From NCBI GenBank assembly GCA_051942205.1, contig JAVECO010000097.1, forward strand, positions 62,001 through 84,742: DNA of 22,742 bases, given 5' to 3'. The notes under the pieces are model-generated. The model saw only the letters and a list, made by a program, of their open reading frames with translations, was not told where the DNA came from and ran no database searches. This DNA comes from Coniocarpon cinnabarinum. Its lineage: Eukaryota. Positions within the stretch are counted from its first letter, which is position 1. Each line of letters starts with the position of its first letter. Position numbers and translations under genes: made by a program. Of the stretch, positions 9,901 through 17,441 are shown in pieces.

Positions 9901-10913
9901 CGTACCCTGCAATTCGGATCGCGGATATCGTCGTGCATGGCCTTGAGTCTCTTCTTTGCGCACGACGTCCATGATACAGCAATCAATCTCGCATGGCTTT
10001 GAGACTGACCTGGTTTCCTGCGGAAGCTGTCGTGAGCCGGTACGCTGCAAATTCACAAACGAACGTTCTGTGCCGGTTGTCGAGTCAGCCTCCACTGCCA
10101 GACTTGGCTGTGAACCAGTGGACCCCTTGACTCGCGCCTCACCCCTCAACCTGGAAGCCGTCGTCGATCATGTTCAGTGGGATATCGCGCCGAAGCGCCA
10201 GTCTACTCGATATCGCATACCCGCGTGATGAGCACTAAATCTTTGACTGCGCATCGTCTTCGTAGGGGTTCTCCCCAAAAAATCCAGGCATCCGACCTGT
10301 CAATTTCCTCGGCTGGGTCTCCGCTCGTTTGCTGCATATGCTTTTTGTCGTTGCCGCTGCAATCTCATTCCATGGCGCAAACTATATCGTGAGGGTCTGT
10401 AACACATGTCGCTAACTGTTCATATTCAGGGTTTTGGCCTTCCACATACTCTCCACGTTCCACGAGCCGGCTTTCTTGCCCTCGGTGTTGCGATCCTTCC
10501 GTGGTTCTATGTTTCCCAACTACGTATCGGCCTCTGTGGACACCGCGCATACAAGGCCGCAGGGTGAGCAAATTCAGGAAATGGCGGTTGGTGAGGTCGA
10601 GCGCAAAGCTGCTATTGCCATCCTAAATTGTGTGCCTCGGCCTGTAGCTAAATTCTACTTTGCTGCCCACTCGAACAAGCAAATCTTACAAGAGCGAGAA
10701 GGGGAAGAGAATGAAAAGATGATCGGCGTGGTGGTGAATGAAATATTGGACCCGTTTGAGAACGCGTACGCGAACCGACATTTGATCTATGGCATTATGG
10801 AATTGATCATTAGCGCAGTGATGCCAGAGCTGCAGGTAGGTACGGACGATGACGCAGGAGGTAGCATTGCTAGATTGCTCGAAGAGCGAGGGGTGAACTT
10901 CTCTGATGAATGA
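6903..10913 (+). CDS. PXA-domain protein with a sorting-nexin-C-terminal-like last exon; 4 exons, about 538 aa
   Basis: Exons 6903-7296, 7350-7930, 8143-8300, 10430-10913 sum to 1617 nt (539 codons). PXA motifs LLPPLTSRNDLDIQLYGFIAIIINEHISSWYNAITDDPDFIDEIVHIIAHCTRALEQR, YHTLRPHPAL, YRQLLAEGILALLLPVED. Exon 3 ends SSLD-AG|GTAAGC and exon 4 begins after GCTAAC...CAG| giving R-VLAFHIL...LRSFRGSMFPN...LDPFENAYANRHLIYGIMELIISAVMPEL. Confidence 0.85.
8301..10429 (+). other. Giant (2,129-nt) phase-2 spliceosomal intron of the PXA gene
   Basis: Donor GTAAGC at 8301, consensus branch GCTAAC at 10411-10416 and CAG at 10427-10429. The phases match and join two halves of one protein. Confidence 0.8.
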
Positions 10914-11341
10914 ACTCAAACAAATTCTGCTATTCGACTGATTCGTTGAGTTCTGGCTTGCTTCGAGTGCCATGTTCGTTGTTTTCTTTTCTTTTCTTTT
11001 TTGACCTTCTCGCCGGGCAACACCCATGCACTGGTCCGTGCCGTCCCACAAGCTCGTAAACGGATTGTGATGAATCAAAGCGATCAAACAAATTTGCAAG
11101 GTATCTTGGTATATACTGTGGTCGTGTTTCCTCACTACAACGCCCCACTCATTCGTTCGAAATGCGGAGAACGCCAGACCTCGCGGCCGACGCTGCGCCC
11201 CTCGCGAGGCGACTTTGATAAATCTATTTTCACCTGTTCTTGGTCATTTGCTTTTTCCAATGCACCTGCATTTCTTCTCGACTTTCGGATGCCGATATTG
11301 AGCCTAACCCCATCAAGTGACGGGCACTGTCCGATTCATGC

Positions 11342-13336
11342 TCACCGCATCACGCGTTCTTCTTCCTCTTCTTCCTCCCCCTCCTCCATGACGCCCACGC
11401 CGGTCATTTCACTGTCTTCGCCTTGCAGCTCCATTTCGGGTATGCGATGCAGACCTCCCGGGAGCTCTGAACCACCGATACTGTGACTTCGTACGTTTGG
11501 CACACCACTCCCGCCAGACGCATGCCCCACCTGCATCTTCATAATCACGCTGCGTAGTGCCGCGACATCCGCACTGTCGTTGCCCAGACCCTGACTTTTG
11601 AGGTAATTGACTGCCATTTCGAGGCCGCGCTTGGCGTCACCAAAGCTGGGCGGAGTGGCGTTGGCATGACGCAGCGATGTGGAGAGATGAGGCGTGGACT
11701 TGGTCTTCGAGAGGACGGGATGCCGTTGAGAGCCGGCGTACGAAGCGTGCGGGCTTAGCGGCGAGTGGTGGGCAGGTGTGTTGGGCAGTTTTCCATGCAG
11801 ATGTGGCGGCTGCGGTGGTGGTGGTGGCGGCGGAGGCATGTCCGCCGCAATGGGTGAATCAAAGACCGCTGCAGTGCTGGTGTTGAGCGGAGAGGAGGTG
11901 TTGGCGCTCTGCGGAGGCGAGATGTAGGGGTCAGCGGCTGAAGCCAAGGGAAAGGTCGAGGACCGCGGTCGGATCGAATTGTCAGCGGCGGTGGTGACAG
12001 AGGTAATCGACGAAGCCGCGCTGCCACTGCGACTCACGGGCGGCACGGACGCGATGGGCGCCTGACCGCTGGGAAAGTATGACGTTGCAGAATGCAAGGC
12101 ATCAGGGGAGATGACGGGCGAGCCGACCGACGTGTTCTCGGACGAGAAGGCAGTGGCGCCGGTGTCTGCGGTGAAGGCGGAGGACAGCGACGTATTCGAC
12201 TGCGAGTGATTAGGAACGCGTACGGCGGCACTACGTATCCCTAGGCCGTCGAAACCTGAAGAGGGTTGACGTCGCAAGTGCTGCATATCGGTGGAGGAGG
12301 CGGCGGTGGTGGGAGACACATGTCGGCTTAACGCCTCTTCGGGGGAAATGGGCGTGTCCTCGGTTGGCGAAATGGTGCTCTCGTCCCCACCAGCCTCGCT
12401 GGCTGCACCAGGTGATGCACTGCCCAGCGTGAGGCCGTTCTTCTGCTTGAACTTCTCCAGCCATGAAGGCGAGTCGATTTTGACAGGAAGGTCGGACGTG
12501 TTTCCAGCCGCATGCCAAAAAAAGCGCGCTTGGTTTTTGATGTTCTCATCAGTGATTCGGACACCTTTAGATTGCTGATTCGCTGCCCATTTGGCCAGGG
12601 CTCGATCAAGATCGGGTTTGTTCTTTTTCGACGCTTTCACAGGTGATTGATTCGAGTCCATAGTAGTCCGAAGATACTTTTCCTTCTGACGAAGAACTTT
12701 CGAAACAGTACTGTGTTCATGAATCAGTGCTGCATACATCAAACGTGGTTGAAGTAATCGTTGCGATACCTTCTTTCGACACCAAACTTCTCTGTGCAAT
12801 GTAAGCGTTGTGAATATCGGGTCGTTCAACGATGCCAGCTCACCTCCAATCTCGGTCTGCTTCTTAGTCGGATGCTCCTGGTGATACTGGCACATTTTGC
12901 GCCGGTCATTGTCCGTAAGTGTCCTGCGTGGAGTCGTTGTCGCCTGGCTTGTATAACCAGAAGCTGTATGCGGGCTTGCTGAAGCTGGCGATGTTTGCAT
13001 TGGTTGTGGGAGATGTATGGCATGGACGGAGTGAGCTTGTGCAGAATAAACATCCTGGTGTGGATGTTGTTGTTGTTGATGCTGCTGCTGCTGCTGCTGC
13101 TGATTCTGATGACTAGCCAGCACACTTGGCCATGGTGTAGTGACAATAGGCTGAAGAGCGGGACGTGAGGGGTGCATACTCGCGGTCATGTATCCACTTT
13201 GTGAAGGGGGCGACGACGCAAACCCGTATTGCGAATACTCCTCCATGGGCGAGTGCTGCTGCCCTCCGTAGCTGGAGCGCTCCATCCAATGATCATTATG
13301 CAATCCATAGGACATGTCAGAGTAAGGATGATCCAT
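11342..13336 (-). CDS. CENP-B/pogo-type double-HTH DNA-binding protein (psq-like HTH plus Tc5/CENP-B HTH), no DDE domain; 3 exons
   Basis: Exons 13336-12844, 12791-12770, 12710-11342; introns of 52 nt (GTGAGC...CAG) and 59 nt (GTATCG...ACTGAT...CAG). Splicing restores PRRTLTDNDRRKMCQYHQEHPTKKQTEIGEKFGVERSTVSKVLRQKEKYL, followed by PDLDRALAKWAANQQSKGVRITDENIKNQARFF...SPSWLEKFKQKNGL. The remainder is Ser/Pro-rich low complexity. Confidence 0.88.
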   Translation of the reverse strand: MDHPYSDMSYGLHNDHWMERSSYGGQQHSPMEEYSQYGFASSPPSQSGYMTASMHPSRPALQPIVTTPWPSVLASHQNQQQQQQQHQQQQHPHQDVYSAQAHSVHAIHLPQPMQTSPASASPHTASGYTSQATTTPRRTLTDNDRRKMCQYHQEHPTKKQTEIGGELASLNDPIFTTLTLHREVWCRKKVSQRLLQPRLMYAALIHEHSTVSKVLRQKEKYLRTTMDSNQSPVKASKKNKPDLDRALAKWAANQQSKGVRITDENIKNQARFFWHAAGNTSDLPVKIDSPSWLEKFKQKNGLTLGSASPGAASEAGGDESTISPTEDTPISPEEALSRHVSPTTAASSTDMQHLRRQPSSGFDGLGIRSAAVRVPNHSQSNTSLSSAFTADTGATAFSSENTSVGSPVISPDALHSATSYFPSGQAPIASVPPVSRSGSAASSITSVTTAADNSIRPRSSTFPLASAADPYISPPQSANTSSPLNTSTAAVFDSPIAADMPPPPPPPPQPPHLHGKLPNTPAHHSPLSPHASYAGSQRHPVLSKTKSTPHLSTSLRHANATPPSFGDAKRGLEMAVNYLKSQGLGNDSADVAALRSVIMKMQVGHASGGSGVPNVRSHSIGGSELPGGLHRIPEMELQGEDSEMTGVGVMEEGEEEEEEERVMR
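13066..13102 (-). repeat. CAG/CAA polyglutamine tract inside the CENP-B-like gene
   Basis: Plus strand shows (TTG)4 and about 7 TGC units, encoding QQQQQQQHQQQQ on the minus strand. Confidence 0.9.
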
Positions 13337-14606
13337 CTTCGAACGACCGAGTGGACCGACAAAGACTTTGTCACAGCTCTAGTCTTGGCCTGTCGAGACT
13401 CGTCGCTTGATTCGAGCAATGCCGGCTTGCAGTCATGTGCGTCTGCAGTCAGTCTCAACGAGATTTACCCAAGTAAGACGCTTGCATGACAGTTGGAATT
13501 GGCTTCGCAAACCCACTGTCAAAGTCACTGCCACTTTAGCAAAGTCGAGGTACATGTGAATGTCAGAGTGACTTTGTCACAGCTGCGGAAGTGAGAAGCG
13601 GGCCGAGATGCGCTGCGACATAAAGAAGGCGGGAGGTCTCGACCTGATGACGCGGGTTACAAGTGGAGTCAACAAGAGGGAAAGACACGCGCAGAGGAGG
13701 TTGGTGGGATCAGAGGCGTAAGATAGCTGAAGATGACAACAAAGGGTGGGGAAACGACGTTGTCTAGTAAGAGTTAGGTACAGTTGCGGTACGTTGCCGG
13801 AAAAGCATGGATGGATTGGTCTCGTTCCTTGGGGAAATGGTACCATGACCGTCATCCTGCTCTGCGAGTGAAAACGGCAGCGACATGCGCAGCGGGATGG
13901 CCATGGACTGCCGCGCGAAAGAGTGGCGACACTCCTCGAGCGGTTTCGGACACATCCACCAAATTATCCGAGTGCGCGGAGCAGTCTGTGCTCAGTCAGC
14001 CACAAGTCTCTCTGCTTAGTGCACGCGGCGATGCAGCCCCTGCTTGCATCCATGATTGACAAATTGACGATGTAGCCTCAGGGGTTCGGCAATGTTGAGG
14101 CACGAAAGGCCGTTGAGACGTTGCCCTGAGACCTCGCCCCCTCCAGATAATACACTGGTCAGCTGTAGTCATGGCGCAGGTCGGATCATTGTGGGAAGGT
14201 CGCTTGCATCGCTTTGGATAGGTCATTTCGAAGATCAGCGCCGCTCCCCGGCTCCGCGGCATCTCCGTACCTTCTTTGGACAGCCATTCGCAAGTTGCCG
14301 CAGTGTTCCGCGAAGCCTCGAAGGTTGAAATCTTTGCAGCGACCCGCAGCCAGCCTGAGCTTAGGGTCAACCGCGACTGCGTTACGACCAAGACGCGATC
14401 TCTCGCAGAGCCAGACGTCTTGTTTCTGCCGTGCTACACGAAAAGGCTCCTCTGGCTGCACGCGGTCGCTGAGGGCGACAAGCAAGGGGCGTAAGAAGAG
14501 ACATAACCGAGGCAAAGACACGAGTCGGGGGCGCCTTCAAAAGTCGTCGAGTCCAGGTGAGGGGCTTCCTCCTGCCGCAGGGATATCCTAAGCTCTAAAA
14601 TTTAGC

Positions 14607-14663
14607 AACCAATCAATGATGCGCACAGTTATTCTTTCTGCAGCCCGAGTGCGCTGATTGGTT
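14607..14663. promoter_or_regulatory. Pair of inverted CCAAT boxes forming an imperfect inverted repeat
   Basis: AACCAATCA (14607-14615) plus GCGCAC (14621-14626) versus GTGCGC-TGATTGGTT (14649-14663). Confidence 0.5.
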
Positions 14664-15204
14664 TCCGCGCTCGAAATGCCTAGCAAATCCTTTCGATCAG
14701 GATAGAAGGACGTGTTTCATCTCAGGGTTTTCCAGGAATGGCTTTTAGACATGCTGGTTGCTTTGCTTCTCTGCAAGTGCATGCAAGCGCACGCGATCCC
14801 GGTACCGCGCACGGCGACATTGACTCGGGAGTGATGCGAGCTAGAGTCTCCAGTCTCCACACGGGTGCGGCTGAGCCCGGATGGATTGATGTTCAGATCT
14901 GTAGGACGCGAACGCAGTCCGCACTGCAAACAGCTGTCGACTTCGTTGCTGAGCTGCTGAACAACTCTAACCATGTTCACATCATGAGCAACAAACAAAA
15001 TCCCTATCAAGGGCCAAGCAGACTGCGCAAGTTTACCGTGCATGATTGTCGAACACACGAGCACACGAACCAGCAGCAAAAACTGGAGCGCGTTCTCTAG
15101 GTTGTTGCATTGAAGAATGCTCAGCGTCGTCTTCGCAAGAATGTGCGCTGTTGGTGCCTGAACTTAGCTTCTTCAGAGCTGGTCTTCGTCGCCGGTCGAC
15201 TGCC

Positions 15205-15234
15205 GAAAGCATGACTCCTGAAAGCATGACTCCT
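15205..15234. repeat. Perfect 15-bp tandem duplication (GAAAGCATGACTCCT)x2
   Basis: Directly visible, about 75 nt downstream of the DRG1 stop codon. Confidence 0.9.
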
Positions 15235-15309
15235 TTCCGGCTCTCAAGCTTGCAGCAGGTTCTTGACTTAGCGTGAAGCTGGGGCAAAGGGACTGAACTG
15301 TACACTCGT

Positions 15310-16768
15310 CTAGCGTTTGACGATGGTAATGATGTCTTCGTCATTGAGCTCGTGATTGAGACCGACTCTTTGTGGGTTATGGCGTACACTCAAAGCCAGA
15401 GCGTTAGTGCAACGCAACTCATCGCAGAGGATCGAACATTTGGCTTACCTAGTGCCGTACACGATAGCAATTTTGAATTGTTCCACAATTGATTTGTGTA
15501 TTTGATTACACTGTGGCACAGTCAGCAATTAGATACAGCTTATAGAAAATAATCTCGGCTGGGACACATACGAAGTCTTCGACTGTGCACGCGCTTGATC
15601 GCAGAACCACAGGCATGTCTGCTTGTTGTCAGCCTAGTCATACCGCCGGTCCGATGTGTAAGGAGCATACTGTAATCCGGGGGGCCCCTGTTAGGTTTCG
15701 TATATACACGCTTTAGCTGTAGCTTTTGCCACATCTGCTCCAACAGCTCATCGATGTTCCAACCATGCTCAGAGCTGATTGGACAAGCGTTGGGGATGCG
15801 GTACAGAAGGTCAAGCTCTTCTATGGAGATGGCGTCGATCTTGTTCAGCGCGTAGATCACTGGAATGTAGCTACGACTTTTTGCCTCGAGGACATCGATC
15901 ACGTCGTCAATAGTTGCATCGCATCGAATAGCGACATCAGCGCTATTTATGCGATACTCGCTCATAACGGCCTTGATTTCCTGCGTAACAGTCAGCAACG
16001 GCTTGGGAAGAAAATGTCAACATGCACAAATACGTCATGGTCAATACGTGTCAATGGTACCGTATTTGTGATGTTGATGCCCCCTTTATCCTTCTTCTTC
16101 AGAACGATGTTGGGTGGTTGCTTGTTGACTCTGATGCCGAAGCCTTCGAGCTCAGTCTCAATGACGCGCTTGTCGACTAGAGGCTTATTGACGTCGAGCA
16201 CTATGAAGATCAAGTTGCAAGTTTTTGCGACAGCAATGACCTGTCGCCCGCGGCCCTTGCCATCTTTTGCGCCTTGAATGATTCCAGGAAGGTCCAGCAT
16301 CTGAATCTTCGCACCATTGTACAGGATTTGACCCGGGACTGTGGTAAGTGTCGTGAACTCGTATGCGGCTGCTTCAGAGTGCTGTCCGGTGAGCCTGACG
16401 TACGCAAGGTCAGCTATGCTCTACAGTGATAAATCCGAAAACAAATGCATCACGCACTTTGTCAGCAAGGTTGACTTGCCAACAGACGGAAAGCCTTGGA
16501 TGAGCTTGTCAGCGACTATCGCAGAAGCTTCGTGACCCTTGAGGATTGAAGACAAACCAATGAAGCCCACGCTTGCCACGCCTGTCCTTGCTACGTCAAA
16601 GCCTACCCCACCACCTCCACCTCCACCGCTTGAAGGGGTCAGGAGCTCCTTCTTCAACTTTGAGAGCTTGGCCTTGAGCTGGCCAAGATGAAAGCTCGTT
16701 GCTTTGTTCTTTTGAGTTCGTGCCATTTCTGCCTCGATCTCCTTGATTTTGTCCGCTGTAGTCGCCAT
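15310..16768 (-). CDS. RBG1: Developmentally regulated GTP-binding protein DRG1/Rbg1 (OBG-family GTPase with TGS domain); 7 exons, 368 aa
   Basis: Exons 16768-16558, 16494-16458, 16394-16034, 15980-15671, 15618-15572, 15510-15449, 15388-15310 total 1107 nt. Sequence [36 protein letters not shown]1 [10 protein letters not shown]2 YEFTTLT, G3 DLPGII, G4 NKID, and TGS end [29 protein letters not shown]. Confidence 0.96.
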
Positions 16769-17441
16769 GACGGGCCTTCAAGCTTCGAGCAAAGACCCAG
16801 GGTACAACAAATAAGAGTTCTGGGATTTAGATCAAAGACGCGCGAGAGCCTCCGCTGTATGCAGATACAGTTTACTTCTTACGGTGCTCACGCTTGCCAC
16901 ACGGCCAGTAATCAAGCGCAAACTTGCGTTTCGGCCTGGTACGAATAATCTTGCGCTGGGCTTCGGGAAGTCTTCTCACTCTAAGATGCAGATGCCGACG
17001 TTGACTAAAGAAGTCTGCAGACAAATGCTTCAATGACATTGGAGAATACATTTGCCTGACTTATGGGGCATCAGACTTTACACGAAAAAACCCCAATTCA
17101 GGCAATGAGCCCAAAAGGTTTAGATCACAAAGCTCGAAGTATGATGGCGAAAGCCCTTCGCAACTCATAAGATGCGTACGACAAATGCCTTCCATACGGA
17201 ATCTTGCAAGTATTAGCGGCCGTAGTCAGTGATGTGAAAACAGATATGCGGATCGTTTGTGACGCTATTCACGATGGATTCATCTAATTTCTTAGACAAG
17301 TTAATCGTATGCAGCAGACGAAAACGCATCCTACACTACTTTGACCGCGTCGTATTCGCATCAAAGCAAGAAAAGCCATGGGCCCTAAACACCGTCAAAC
17401 GCTCATGGAAGGGTCATGTCAGCATCTCTGTCGCTTCGTCA

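Noticed and set aside
8301..10429. Telomerase RNA inside the giant intron (similar size to filamentous-fungal TERs, Sm-like sites present)
   Set aside because: No TAACCCTAA-type template on either strand; the nearest are CTACCCTGAC and CAACCCTG. No splice-donor-like 3' end follows the Sm-like sites. Not supportable without a covariance search.
10434..10913. Independent 159-aa gene
   Set aside because: Starts at TTG directly after a consensus branch point and acceptor, and encodes the expected C-terminus of the PXA protein.
11342..13336. Active pogo/Tc5 transposon, or a functional link to the AT-rich block as a centromere
   Set aside because: No DDE domain or TIRs, and it has ordinary introns. 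Proximity (7 kb) to the RIP block is not evidence of function.
14607..14663. Box C/D guide snoRNA
   Set aside because: Box C is imperfect, C-to-D spacing is only about 31 nt, and there are no C'/D' boxes.
13996..15100. ORFs of 110-131 aa on both strands upstream of the CENP-B-like gene
   Set aside because: Mutually overlapping, with no domain-like composition or supporting splice structure; consistent with chance ORFs in GC-rich intergenic DNA.
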